The notes under the pieces are model-generated. The model was not told the origin of the DNA, made no database searches, and worked only from the letters and a program-made list of their open reading frames with translations. This document shows positions 29,221-39,460 of a stretch of DNA of 64,000 bases, one piece after another. The stretch comes from Cenarchaeum sp. (lineage in GTDB: Archaea; Thermoproteota; Nitrososphaeria; Nitrososphaerales; Nitrosopumilaceae). Where the stretch lies: positions 96,001 to 160,000 of the forward strand of contig OY843768.1 in assembly GCA_963693095.2 (NCBI GenBank), written 5' to 3'. Within the stretch, counting starts at the first letter, position 1. Each line of letters begins with the position of its first letter. The position numbers and the translations under genes are program-made.

Positions 29221-30081
29221 GGCGTGAACACTGCCCTGCAACGCCGCCAGCGCCTCGCGTGTCCTGGCCACATTGTGCGTGCGAATGGCCGCGGCTCCAT
29301 TGGCCACGGCGACGACCTCGGCGGCCAGCGAGCCGGCCATGCGCTCTCCGGCCTCGGCTCCTCCCATGATGCGCCCCAGGAAGGACTTGTTTGAGACCGA
29401 GACTAGGATCTCTGAGCGTGTGCCTGCGCGCAGCCCCTGCAGCCCACCGAGGACGAGGAGGTCGCGCGCAACCCAGTCCATCTCGTTGCGCGTAAAGAGG
29501 CCCCCGCGGCCTGTCCTTCTAAAAAAGCCGATGGCCGGATCGATGGCCGTCTGCGAGGCCGGAACGCCACACGAGGCAGCAGTCCGGAGGCTCTCTGCGA
29601 GTAGGCCTGCTGCCTGCGCGACAGGCTCTCCGCCCGCAAGGCGCGTCTCCGAGTGCGCACAGACGATGAGCGAGGGTGAGTGGGCCCTGACTGTCTCCCT
29701 CATGCGCTCATCATGCCGGAGGCCGGTGATGTCGTTGACTATTGATGCGCCCTCAGCCATGGCCGCCTCAGCCACGCCCCCCCGGCACGTGTCGACTGAT
29801 ATTGGCACGGCGGTGCTGCGCACGGCCGCACGGACCGCGGCGGCCACGCGTTCTACCTCTGTGCTCTCAGGCACCATCGTCGCAGCATACGGCGCGCTTG
29901 ACATGCCGCCGATGTCTATGATATCGGCGCCCTCGGCCTCCATGCGGGCCGCCGCGCGCGATATTGCCTGCGGCGTGGTACTCACCGAGGAGCGCAGGAA
30001 CGACTCGGGGCTCGCGTTGAGTATGCCGACTATTCTTGTGGGGTTGGAGCCGCCAAGGCCGACGCTCCCCAGCCTGATCAT
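29218..30081 (-). CDS. folP: Dihydropteroate synthase
   Basis: GILNASPESF, GADIIDIGG, ISVDT, NDITG, SNKSF, IRTHNV. Confidence 0.92.
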   Translation of the reverse strand: MIRLGSVGLGGSNPTRIVGILNASPESFLRSSVSTTPQAISRAAARMEAEGADIIDIGGMSSAPYAATMVPESTEVERVAAAVRAAVRSTAVPISVDTCRGGVAEAAMAEGASIVNDITGLRHDERMRETVRAHSPSLIVCAHSETRLAGGEPVAQAAGLLAESLRTAASCGVPASQTAIDPAIGFFRRTGRGGLFTRNEMDWVARDLLVLGGLQGLRAGTRSEILVSVSNKSFLGRIMGGAEAGERMAGSLAAEVVAVANGAAAIRTHNVARTREALAALQGSVHA

Positions 30082-30116
30082 AATGGTTTATGAGACGGGC
30101 CGATAATTTTAGTGAT

Positions 30117-30860
30117 ATGGTGCTGCGGGGGTGGTATGCGAGGTATGGCGAGATTCTCGCCGAGTTTGGATACAGCAGGGCGCACGATGCGGCGTCTGCG
30201 AGCACCCTGCATGCCATTCTGCGTGGGCGCTCGGCCATGGCGCGCCTGCGCCCCCTCGTCTCCTCGCGCGATGTCCTGGTTCTTGGCGCCGGCCCCTCTG
30301 CGCGAGCCGGCGCGGACGTGATGGCAAGGCACCCGCGCGCCACGCGCGTCGTGGCCGACGGTGCTGCAGCCGAGCTCGTGCGCAGGAGAATGCGCATAGA
30401 CGTCGTTGTCACCGACCTTGACGGCGACAGTCGTGCGCTGGGAGCCGCGGCCCGCTCGGGCGCAGTCATGGTGGTCCATGCGCACGGCGACAATGTGGAC
30501 AGGCTCGACATGGCCGCCGGCTATGCGCGTGTCGTGGCAAGCACGCAGGGTCGCCCCGTGGGGGGCGTACGCAACTTTGGCGGGTTTACCGACGGGGACA
30601 GGTGCGTCTTTATGTCACACGAGCTGCATGCGCGCAGCATTGTGCTCCTAGGGATGGACTTTGGGGGGCGCATTGGAGCACACTCGCTCACGACGGCGGC
30701 TCACCGCCCGACAAAGCTTAAAAAGCTGCGCCGTGCGCGCGCACTCCTAGAGTGGGCAGCGCCGCAGATGGCGCGACGCAGCAGGCTCTGCACGGCCTCG
30801 GGCAGAGTTGCGGGCTTTGAGGGGGTGTCGACGGCAGATGTGGCCAATATTTTGCTGTAA
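30117..30860 (+). CDS. mptE: 6-hydroxymethyl-7,8-dihydropterin pyrophosphokinase
   Basis: GAGPS, ADGA, VTDLDG, VHAHGDN, NFGGFTDGDR, GMDF; divergent from folP. Confidence 0.88.
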   Translation: MVLRGWYARYGEILAEFGYSRAHDAASASTLHAILRGRSAMARLRPLVSSRDVLVLGAGPSARAGADVMARHPRATRVVADGAAAELVRRRMRIDVVVTDLDGDSRALGAAARSGAVMVVHAHGDNVDRLDMAAGYARVVASTQGRPVGGVRNFGGFTDGDRCVFMSHELHARSIVLLGMDFGGRIGAHSLTTAAHRPTKLKKLRRARALLEWAAPQMARRSRLCTASGRVAGFEGVSTADVANILL

Positions 30861-30927
30861 CCGGATCTAGTGGGCATGTGTTGCGTTAGGAGCACACATG
30901 CTATACATTCTACTGTCTGTGCAAATA

Positions 30928-31392
30928 TTATGCAGATGGTGCTACGTTCACCAGCACAGCAGCAGCAGCAATAACCCCTGCCATGAATCCTACCGTTGTT
31001 AGGTATGACCATTTCATACGACGAATCTTGCGACCGAGATTTGCCTCGTTCTCTCCTATATCTTTTGCCAATACCCATGTGAGGTGATTTATTACCATCT
31101 CTTTATCCTCTGACGGTTTTTTAATATCGTTGCTTATTGGGTTTACTCTTGGTCCCGGACTTATATCTTGCATATGTAATACTCTGAATGATGCTGTTAT
31201 GGGCAGTGCAGCAATCACGGTTACTATGATTTTATACTGTGGGGTAAAAACGTCTGTGGGGCTTATGATAACTCCTGCTATTAATGCCATTACAATCGAT
31301 AAAAAGACTGATGCTCGTGTGTTCACACCAGCCCATATTTGGGCAAGTATTGCATTTTGGGCCACAAGATATGTTAGTATCTCATTCGTCAT
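30928..31392 (-). CDS. AT-rich three-TM hypothetical protein
   Basis: Sharp drop in GC; three hydrophobic segments. Confidence 0.65.
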   Translation of the reverse strand: MTNEILTYLVAQNAILAQIWAGVNTRASVFLSIVMALIAGVIISPTDVFTPQYKIIVTVIAALPITASFRVLHMQDISPGPRVNPISNDIKKPSEDKEMVINHLTWVLAKDIGENEANLGRKIRRMKWSYLTTVGFMAGVIAAAAVLVNVAPSA

Positions 31393-32216
31393 AGGTCATC
31401 GCCGGGCGGCGCAAATAACGGCCCCCGATTATCAATTATGAATCCGCCCACCTTCGCACGTTTTCCTCTTGGTATGGGCACCACCACTTTCTCCTCTTCA
31501 GTCATTGCCCACCCTATACCTAGTGGACTTTAAAAGCCTTGTCCACTATTGGCTCTGTCCACGAATGCGCACAGGCAGAGAACCCGATGCATTGTACGGC
31601 ACAAAATTCTTGTCCTGCAGAATTAGGTCGCGTCTCACCGCCACGGCCGGATTGATAATGGACACTTCGTCACCAGGCGCCAAACGGTAATATCATGTGG
31701 CTACAGCAGCCGACGGCACGAACGCCCAAAATACTGTTGACTTGGTTCCGGCGATGCTGATCGGGTGCCGCGATGACGTGGGAGCCGGTGGCCGACACCG
31801 GAGGGGGCATGCCTGCCTGTTGCATACGGGTGCCGTTCGGAGAATCCATGGCCGACTCTACCTGCGCCGACACTGGCAAGGAGAACCACTGCAATGACCG
31901 GCGTCGACTGGTGGGAATTTGCCTCGTGGGTCCTTATCTCATTCTCGTACCCGCTAATACCTGTCTTTTTAGGCCTTAGAATACTGTATCCCTACAGTGA
32001 TAACAAGCCTCGCCACGCAAAGCCTGACACATGATTGTGAAGCGTGCCCACGCATGGCACATGACGCGTCTTGCGTATACTGCCTAACGCAGAGCGCGAG
32101 ATTGGCCGGACAGACTGGCATGATCACGCCCATTTGGCCAAGCGGAATTGTGAGGGTGCTGATTCCATACCGCGTACGTCGCGCGCATTTTAATATGCGG
32201 GCAGGGGCGTTGCGGC

Positions 32217-32453
32217 GTGGACTTCACTGATGAATGTGTGCTCGATATGCTAGAGACTACACCTGAGCGCGCGTGGCGCAGAATTGCCATACCAGCCTCG
32301 CCCTCCAAAAAACCCGGAGAGCGCGGCAATAACCCTGCCCCCTCGTGCGATATGCGCAAGGGCGCAAGAGTGATCCACGAGACTGTCATCAAAAATTATC
32401 ACAACGGCCTAGAGGATGGCGTGCGCTATCGAGGTTTCGAGTCGCATGGTTGA
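32217..32453 (+). pseudogene. Decayed, internally deleted duplicate of the 32811-33395 gene
   Basis: Same 18-bp promoter block and three collinear homologous peptide blocks. Confidence 0.75.
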
Positions 32454-32810
32454 CATATGGGACGATTTCCTTGTGGGCTTTTTTCAAGGGTTCACGTGTC
32501 CGTATTTTGCGTTTATGTTTGGTCTGTATGCGCGCCTTGCGCGAACCCGGCTGCGCGAGCGTCGACGTCGCCTGCGCGGGGAAGGCGCCTAGCGGAAACT
32601 CGAATGGTGCCGGACATGGAACTTGACACATCGTGCCGCCATGGCGGGACTGCGCAGTTGCGCTGATCGGGTGCCGAGACGGCGTGGACGCCCGTGGGTG
32701 ACACGAGCAGGGGTGCGCCTGCCCGTTTGGCCAGATGTGGCCATGTGGGCGCTGATCCAGTCCCCTGCCCCACCGCGTGCGTTTTAATATGCGGGCAGGC
32801 GCGCCTTGGC

Positions 32811-33395
32811 GTGGAATCCACCGACGAGCGCACGCGCGACATACTCGAGATAAGGGAGCACCTCGCAAAGGAGGCCGAGCGATACGAGACTGCCCTAGAG
32901 TACACGCGGCGCAACATTGCCATACTGGACTCGCTCCTCATAAAGTCAAGCTTTACGAGGGCGTCTGACATCAAGCGCGGGCCTGATGAGCCGCCGCGCG
33001 AGGATGCGGCGCCAGAGGAGCCTGCCGCAGATGATGCGGAGACAGACGGCGCGATTCCGATAATGGCCGACTCGGAGACAGTCGCGCACGCGCGAGTCAC
33101 CCCCGATGAGGTCAGTGTGGCCATCGCAGACGGCGTGCGCCTGACTGCTGACACGCCCCCGCTGCGCACGTTCTTTGTGGAGAGGATCATCGCCGGAATG
33201 AGGGCAAAGGACGACGCGCGCGCAAAGTCCGGCGAGATTGACGCTGACTCGGTCATCACTTGTGACATACGCGAGGATGCCGGCGCGATACGCGAGATTG
33301 TCGTCAGGAACTATCGCGACAAGCCGAGGGCCGACGAGATAGTCGCATCCGTCTCGTGGTCACTGGCGCGAATGGTGGAAAACTCTGCGGGATGA
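32811..33395 (+). CDS. Hypothetical protein upstream of guaA
   Basis: GTG start ~25 nt after TTTTAATA box; host-like codons; 4 nt before guaA. Confidence 0.75.
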   Translation: MESTDERTRDILEIREHLAKEAERYETALEYTRRNIAILDSLLIKSSFTRASDIKRGPDEPPREDAAPEEPAADDAETDGAIPIMADSETVAHARVTPDEVSVAIADGVRLTADTPPLRTFFVERIIAGMRAKDDARAKSGEIDADSVITCDIREDAGAIREIVVRNYRDKPRADEIVASVSWSLARMVENSAG

Positions 33396-33399
33396 CACA

Positions 33400-34923
33400 A
33401 TGGACACGATCGCAGTCCTGGACTTTGGCTCCCAGTACGCGCACCTGATCTGCAGGCGAATACGCTCGCTCTCTGTGCGCGCGGATCTAGTTGCGCATGA
33501 CACAAGCGTCGATGACCTGCGCCGTCGCGGCGTTCGCGGGATTGTGCTCTCTGGCGGCCCGTCAAGCGTGTATGACGAGGGCGCGCCGCGCCCCGACCCC
33601 GCAATATTCTCCATGGGCGTGCCGATACTTGGCATCTGCTATGGTCACCAGCTAGTCGTCGACGCGTTTGGCGGCCGCGTGCGCCGCGCCAACCGCGAGT
33701 ATGGCTCCTCCGAGCTGTCAGTGGACTCGGCCGACGGCCTCCTCGGCGGAATTGGCCCCTCGGTGCGCGCGTGGATGAGCCATGGCGATGAGGCCGAGCG
33801 CGTGCCAGACGGATTTGAGGTCATTGCGCACACGCGCTCCTCGAATGCTGCGGCCATTGCGGATGCGGCACGCTCAGTCTACAGCGTCCAGTTCCACCCC
33901 GAGGTCACGCACACCGAGCGCGGAGTCGACATTCTTGGCAACTTTGCGCTGCGCATATGCTCGGCAGGCGCTGACTGGACGATGGGCTCCTTTGTCGAGT
34001 CGCAGGTCCGGCGCCTCTCGTCGATCGAGGGCGGCGTCCTGTGCGGCGTGAGCGGCGGCGTGGACTCTACGGTCGTGGCGGTCCTCCTCCACAGGGCCAT
34101 CGGGGACCGCCTGCGCTGCGTCTTTGTCGACAATGGCCTCCTGCGCGAGGGCGAGGCCGACGAGGTCCGCTCGATCCTTGCGGGAGCCGGAGTCGAGAAC
34201 CTCGAGGTCATCGACGCCTCTGAGCGCTTTCTTGGGCGCCTCGCCGGCATTACCGATCCTGAGAAAAAGCGCCACGCCGTGGGCGACGAGTTTGCGCGCG
34301 TATTCACCGAGGCCGCACAGTCCGGTGCGGGATGCAAGTGGCTCGCGCAGGGGACGCTATACCCTGATGTCATCGAGAGCGGATCGACGCACGGGCCGGC
34401 TGACGTCATAAAGTCGCACCACAATGTCGGCGGACTGCCCAAATGGCTTGGCATGGAGACAGTCGAGCCGCTCCGCGAGCTCTACAAGGACGAGGTTCGC
34501 CGCGTCGCCGGCATACTCGGGCTGCCCGAGCGCGTTGTGTCGCGCCACCCCTTCCCCGGTCCGGGCCTCTCGGTGCGCGTCATGGGCGAGGCAACGCGCG
34601 AAAAGATCGAAATCGCACGAAAGGCTAGCGCCATAGTCGAGGCCGAGCTTGCCGCCGACGGCCTCCTCGCCTCGGTCTGGCAGGCCTATGCGGGAGTCGG
34701 CGATGACAGGGCCGTTGCCGTGATCGGCGACGCGCGCCTCCACGGGCGCGTCGTCATCATCAGGATTGTAGAGTCGACTGACGCAATGACTGCGGACTGG
34801 TCGCGCGTGCCCTATGACACGCTTGCGCGCATGAGCAACCGCATAACAAACGAGGTCGAGGGTGTCGCACTGGTGACATATGCGATATCTAGCAAGCCGC
34901 CTGCGACAATAGAGCTAGAGTGA
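33400..34923 (+). CDS. guaA: GMP synthase (glutamine-hydrolysing)
   Basis: LDFGSQY, GICYG, QFHPEV, SGGVDS, IKSHHNVGG, KPPATIE. Confidence 0.96.
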   Translation: MDTIAVLDFGSQYAHLICRRIRSLSVRADLVAHDTSVDDLRRRGVRGIVLSGGPSSVYDEGAPRPDPAIFSMGVPILGICYGHQLVVDAFGGRVRRANREYGSSELSVDSADGLLGGIGPSVRAWMSHGDEAERVPDGFEVIAHTRSSNAAAIADAARSVYSVQFHPEVTHTERGVDILGNFALRICSAGADWTMGSFVESQVRRLSSIEGGVLCGVSGGVDSTVVAVLLHRAIGDRLRCVFVDNGLLREGEADEVRSILAGAGVENLEVIDASERFLGRLAGITDPEKKRHAVGDEFARVFTEAAQSGAGCKWLAQGTLYPDVIESGSTHGPADVIKSHHNVGGLPKWLGMETVEPLRELYKDEVRRVAGILGLPERVVSRHPFPGPGLSVRVMGEATREKIEIARKASAIVEAELAADGLLASVWQAYAGVGDDRAVAVIGDARLHGRVVIIRIVESTDAMTADWSRVPYDTLARMSNRITNEVEGVALVTYAISSKPPATIELE

Positions 34924-34929
34924 GGCAGG

Positions 34930-36546
34930 CTACCCTGGGGGCATTCCGCCGCCGCCTGGGGGCGCGACGGATATGACGTCATCTATGCGAAGTATCATGC
35001 ATGCGGCCTCTGTTGCCGACTTTATGATCTGCTCCTTTACGACGACGGGCTCGACGATGTTGATCGAGAGCATGTCGGCAACCTTTGTGTTGCGCGCGTC
35101 GACTCCGACCCACTTTTTGCCCTGGGCCTGCCTTGAGCGCAGCGTCGCCATCGTGTCTATCGGATCCATTCCGGCGTTCTCGGCTATCGTGAGGGGTATG
35201 GCCTCTAGTGCCTCGGCGTACTTTTTGACTGCGAGCTGCTCGCGGCCATCAAGGCCGTCAGACCAGTCCTTTAGCTTCATTGCGATGTATGACTCGGGTG
35301 CGCCGCCGCCGCCGACTATTCTGGGGCTCTCGATGACGTCCTTTACGACCATGAGCGAGTCGTGCATTGAGCGGTCGACCTCGTCGACGACCCTCTGCGA
35401 GCCGCCGCGTATGAGTATCGTGACTGCCTGCGGGTTGCGGCATCCCTCGACAAAGACCCACTTGTCAGACTCTACCTTTCTCTGCTGGACGGTCTGGGCA
35501 GCGCCAAGGTCCTTTTCACCAAGATCCTCAATGTTCGTCGTTATGCGCGCGCCAGTGGCGCGTGCGAGCTTTGTCATGTCGCTCTCCTTTACGCGCCTTA
35601 CTGCAAGTATGCCGTGCTTTGCGAGATAGTGCTGCGCAATGTCGTCGATGCCCTTTTGGCAGAGGCAGACATTGGCGCCGATCTCGTGCAGCTTGTCGGC
35701 CATTGACTTTAGCATGCGGTTCTCCTCCTCGAGGAACATCTGCATCTGCGTTGGGTCGCTTATCCTAATCTCGGCGCTAAGCTCGGTCTTTTCGACCTCT
35801 AGTGCGCAGTTGAGGAGCGCTATCTTTGCGGACTCTGCCTTTTGGGGCATGCCGCTGTGGACTATCTCCTTGTCAAGGACGACGCCGGTGATGAGGCGCG
35901 TGTCCTGTATGGAGCCGCCGGACTTTTTCTCGACCTTTATGTTCTCAAGGTCGACTGTGTGGCCCGTCTCCTTTTTGGTCGACACCTTTAGGATGGCGTC
36001 AACGACTATCTTTGCGAGCGGGTCGCTGTCCTCGGATATGAGCTTTGACTCCATGCTCGTCTTTGCGACGTTTGTGAGTGCCTCGCGGTCATCGGCCTTT
36101 ACGTCCTTTGCGATCTCGGCGAGGAGCTCGAGGGTCTTTTCAGAGGCTGCCTGGTACCCGTCTACGATGACTGATGAGTGGACGTCCTTTTTGAGGAGGC
36201 TCTCGGCGTTTGCGATCAGCGCGCCGCCAAAGACCACCGAGGACGTCGTCCCGTCGCCGACCTCGTTGTCGACGGTCTTTGATATCTCGACCATCATCTT
36301 TGCGGCCGGATGCTGCACGTCGATCTCCTTTAGTATCGTCGCGCCGTCGTTCGTTATCGTCACGTCCCCTAGGGAGTCCACGAGCATCTTGTCGAGGCCA
36401 CGTGGGCCCAGGCTTGACTTTACGAGGTCTGCTATGAGCTTTGCAGCCGCAATGTTGTTCTGCTGCGCATCGCGGCCCTTTTGCTGGAGCGCGCTCTCCT
36501 TTAGGACGAGAACCGGCCCCTGTGGCGTTTGCTGAATTGATGCCAT
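34930..36546 (-). CDS. ths: Thermosome (group II chaperonin) subunit
   Basis: LGPRGLDKM, TITNDGATIL, VGDGTTS, ILRIDD. Confidence 0.96.
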   Translation of the reverse strand: MASIQQTPQGPVLVLKESALQQKGRDAQQNNIAAAKLIADLVKSSLGPRGLDKMLVDSLGDVTITNDGATILKEIDVQHPAAKMMVEISKTVDNEVGDGTTSSVVFGGALIANAESLLKKDVHSSVIVDGYQAASEKTLELLAEIAKDVKADDREALTNVAKTSMESKLISEDSDPLAKIVVDAILKVSTKKETGHTVDLENIKVEKKSGGSIQDTRLITGVVLDKEIVHSGMPQKAESAKIALLNCALEVEKTELSAEIRISDPTQMQMFLEEENRMLKSMADKLHEIGANVCLCQKGIDDIAQHYLAKHGILAVRRVKESDMTKLARATGARITTNIEDLGEKDLGAAQTVQQRKVESDKWVFVEGCRNPQAVTILIRGGSQRVVDEVDRSMHDSLMVVKDVIESPRIVGGGGAPESYIAMKLKDWSDGLDGREQLAVKKYAEALEAIPLTIAENAGMDPIDTMATLRSRQAQGKKWVGVDARNTKVADMLSINIVEPVVVKEQIIKSATEAACMILRIDDVISVAPPGGGGMPPG

Positions 36547-36569
36547 TTTGCGCCCCCCCTCGGCCCGCC

Positions 36570-38360
36570 CTATTTTAACCTACGAGCAACCGTGGGCACC
36601 CTCCGGCGTGCCCTTACGTCGACTAGGCCGCCGTGGAGGAGGCGAACCGACGGGAGCGCAAGAAAGGGCAGAAAGAGGGGCACGAGGTGCGCACGCCCAA
36701 ACCTGCAGCCCGAGTCGGCCATCTCGCCGTCGATGCGCCCTAGGCGCGCGCCGGCCTCCTCGAGGCCCAGGTTCGAGACGATGCCGCAAAAGGGCAGCGG
36801 CAGGCTGGCCACAATGCGCCCGCCCCTGGCCACGGCGATCCCGCCGCCGCCAGAGGCCGCCTCGTTTGCGGCGGCTGCCATGTCGGCTGTTCCCGAGCCG
36901 ACGACTATGGTGTCGTTCTCGTGAAAGCTCCACGTTGAGGCGATCGCAGCATCAAGGCTCCCGATGCCCTCGACGAAGGCGACGGCCCCGCCGCGCGAGG
37001 CGCCTGACCTCCCAAAGGCCGCGGCTCTTGCCACCTGCTCGCCATCAAGCCTGCCCTCGCGCGCCCCGAGCCTTGCGCTGCCGAGCTTTGTGACGATCTC
37101 TGTTAGCATGACTATCGTGTTGACCTCGGCGCCGCCGGCGCCGCCGGCGCCGCCGGCCACCTCAAAGTCATCGCTCCTGAACGGCCGCCTCGAGCTGACC
37201 ATGCGTGATGCCCATGCCGGCGCCCTCTTTTGTGGCCATGCTGCCACAAGCTTGCCGTCGATGACGGTGGGCCGGCCGCCGACATAGACGTCGCGTACCG
37301 CTGCAGACTCTAGTGATTCCAGCATTACAATGTCAGCTAGCCTGCCCGGTCCTATGCCGCCGAGGTCATGGCCCATCTCGTAATAGTCAAACGCGTTCCT
37401 TGATGCTATCGTGTACGCCCTTATGGGATCCATCCCGAGGCGCACGGCCTCGCGCACACAATGGTCAATGTGGCCATGGCTTGCCATGTCGGCCGGATTG
37501 ACGCCGTCCGAGCAGAACATTAGGCGACTCGTGTCTATATTGTGCGCAAGAACGTCGGTGACTATTGCTGCGAGATCGCGCCGAATCGAGCCCTCCCTTG
37601 CCATGACCCACATGCCAAGCCGCAGCCGCTCGACTGCCTGCGCATAGTCGACTGGCTCGTGGCATGACAGTATGCCAGATGCGACGTACGCCTGGAGCTT
37701 TTTGCCCGATGCGCCGGCGGTGTGGCCGTTTATCGCGTGTCCTCCGTCTAGCATGCGCTCCAGCTGGCGCATCGTGCCGGCATCGCGTCCCGTCACGCGC
37801 GTCCACGAAAAGACCTCGCCGAGGCCGACGACGTCATTGCGCCGCAGCGCGGCCTCCTCGTGCGCGCGCGTGAGCGTGCGCGCCGTGCTAAACTTGCGGT
37901 CAACGGGAAGGCCGCCGGGCACAGAGTTGAATATCCTCGCCGGTGCGCCCTCGCACTGGCGCAAAAACTCGCCGAGGCCGCGCGCGCCGGCCACGCTCAC
38001 GATGTCTATGGGGTCAGAGAAGAGCGACGTCACGCCGTGGAGGACGGCGTGCGAGGCGAACTCGCGCGGCATGACAAACTGGTCGATGTGCGTGTGCGGG
38101 TCGGCCATGCCCGGCACGGCAAGGGCCCCGCGCGCGTCAACAGTCCTCGTCGACTCGCCGGCCGTGTGCGAGGCGTCCGGCCCCACATAGGCGATGCGCT
38201 CGCCGGCGACGGCTATGTCGATGCCCTCCTGGAGCTCGCCCGTGTAGACGTTGGCAAGCCTCGCGCCCCTGATGATGAGGCTCGCGTCTGCCTCGCCCAT
38301 GGCCACTGCGTTGAGCCTCCGTATGGAGCCGCCTAGCGCGCCCATGCGCGGGGTGCGCAC
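36570..38360 (-). CDS. ade: Adenine deaminase
   Basis: DPHTHID, GLGEV, INGH, SCHE, REGS, CSDG, GRLADIV; exact start uncertain. Confidence 0.85.
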   Translation of the reverse strand: MRTPRMGALGGSIRRLNAVAMGEADASLIIRGARLANVYTGELQEGIDIAVAGERIAYVGPDASHTAGESTRTVDARGALAVPGMADPHTHIDQFVMPREFASHAVLHGVTSLFSDPIDIVSVAGARGLGEFLRQCEGAPARIFNSVPGGLPVDRKFSTARTLTRAHEEAALRRNDVVGLGEVFSWTRVTGRDAGTMRQLERMLDGGHAINGHTAGASGKKLQAYVASGILSCHEPVDYAQAVERLRLGMWVMAREGSIRRDLAAIVTDVLAHNIDTSRLMFCSDGVNPADMASHGHIDHCVREAVRLGMDPIRAYTIASRNAFDYYEMGHDLGGIGPGRLADIVMLESLESAAVRDVYVGGRPTVIDGKLVAAWPQKRAPAWASRMVSSRRPFRSDDFEVAGGAGGAGGAEVNTIVMLTEIVTKLGSARLGAREGRLDGEQVARAAAFGRSGASRGGAVAFVEGIGSLDAAIASTWSFHENDTIVVGSGTADMAAAANEAASGGGGIAVARGGRIVASLPLPFCGIVSNLGLEEAGARLGRIDGEMADSGCRFGRAHLVPLFLPFLALPSVRLLHGGLVDVRARRRVPTVARRLK

Positions 38361-38415
38361 AGTGCCCCAATTTAAGATTCAATGCTTAAATTACGGCAAT
38401 CGCGCGCGCGCGCCG

Positions 38416-38697
38416 TTGAAGTACCCAAAGGCGATAATGCGCTACTGCCCCAAGTGCAAAAAGCACACGTCGCAAAAGGTCTCGCTATACAAGGCCGGCA
38501 AGCGCCGCGCCTCGGCCATAGGCGAGAGGCGCCACGCCGAGGACAAAAAGGGCTATGGGGGCCAAAAGTTCCCAAAGCTCGCAAAGCCGGCCAAGGTCAC
38601 CAAAAAGTTCACCCGTATGCTCTCGTGTCCTGACTGCAAGAAAAAGTTCAACATGTACGGCATTCGTGTCAAAAAGTTCGAGTTGGTGGCAGTATGA
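38416..38697 (+). CDS. rpl44e: 50S ribosomal protein L44e
   Basis: K.PK..RYCPKCKKHT, GYGGQKFP, KVTKK..C..C; TTG start. Confidence 0.95.
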   Translation: MKYPKAIMRYCPKCKKHTSQKVSLYKAGKRRASAIGERRHAEDKKGYGGQKFPKLAKPAKVTKKFTRMLSCPDCKKKFNMYGIRVKKFELVAV

Positions 38698-38897
38698 AGA
38701 AGGATCACGTTCCAGTCCCAAAGCCCTCTAGCAAGTTTCTGCGCGTAGAGTGCTCCGAGTGCAACGAAAAGCAGGTAGTCTACTCACACGCCTCGACTGC
38801 CGTCACGTGCAACTCGTGCGGCAATGCGCTAGCCACGCCGACTGGCTCGCTTGCGCAGATTCACGGCTCGATTGTGGATCCGGACACGAGCTCATAG
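38694..38897 (+). CDS. rps27e: 30S ribosomal protein S27e
   Basis: PKPSSKFLRVECSEC...VTCNSCG..LATPTG. Confidence 0.95.
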   Translation: MKKDHVPVPKPSSKFLRVECSECNEKQVVYSHASTAVTCNSCGNALATPTGSLAQIHGSIVDPDTSS

Positions 38898-39460
38898 TCG
38901 CTCACGGTGTTGACGCCGAGGCATATCCTCCTGTCATCTAGCACGCGCTGTGTCTCCCTCACGTGGGCGCCGCCGCGCGCGAGGCTTGCGTTGACCACGG
39001 AGACTCCGGTATAGCAGCACTCTCTCTCACCCACATTCACGAAAAACTCTGGCGTCGCGCCAAGCGACTCGGCAAACCTCCTAGTCGCGACGACTGCCAT
39101 CCACGCGCCACTGTCATCGTAAAGTGTCGCTGCCCTGCGCAGGGCTGATGCGTCAAGGAGCGCAAGGTCTCCGGGCACGACCATGACGTTGCCCTCCAGT
39201 GTCGACATTGCGGCGCACACGTCAGCCGCATATCCCTCGCCGGCAGTCTCTACCACGTCGATGCGCGCATCATTGCGCAAGAGTGCGGCAGTGCGCGGCG
39301 CGTTTGGGCTAGTTGCCGCGACGATGCGCGTGTACATGCCCGAGTCCTCCATTGCGCCAATGACCCTGCTCACTATTGGCGTCTCGCCACCGAGGATTAG
39401 CTTTTCTCCCATTGCGCGCATGCGCGTCCCGCGCCCGCCGGCCATGACGAGGCCGATCAT
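38861..39460 (-). CDS. cobY: Adenosylcobinamide-phosphate guanylyltransferase
   Basis: MAGGRGTRM..EK NTP-transferase; within cobalamin cluster. Confidence 0.85.
   Translation of the reverse strand: MIGLVMAGGRGTRMRAMGEKLILGGETPIVSRVIGAMEDSGMYTRIVAATSPNAPRTAALLRNDARIDVVETAGEGYAADVCAAMSTLEGNVMVVPGDLALLDASALRRAATLYDDSGAWMAVVATRRFAESLGATPEFFVNVGERECCYTGVSVVNASLARGGAHVRETQRVLDDRRICLGVNTVSDYELVSGSTIEP

Noticed and set aside
31469-32230. Short ORFs between the AT-rich gene and the duplicate
   Set aside because: No motifs or coupling; better explained as decayed duplicated intergenic DNA
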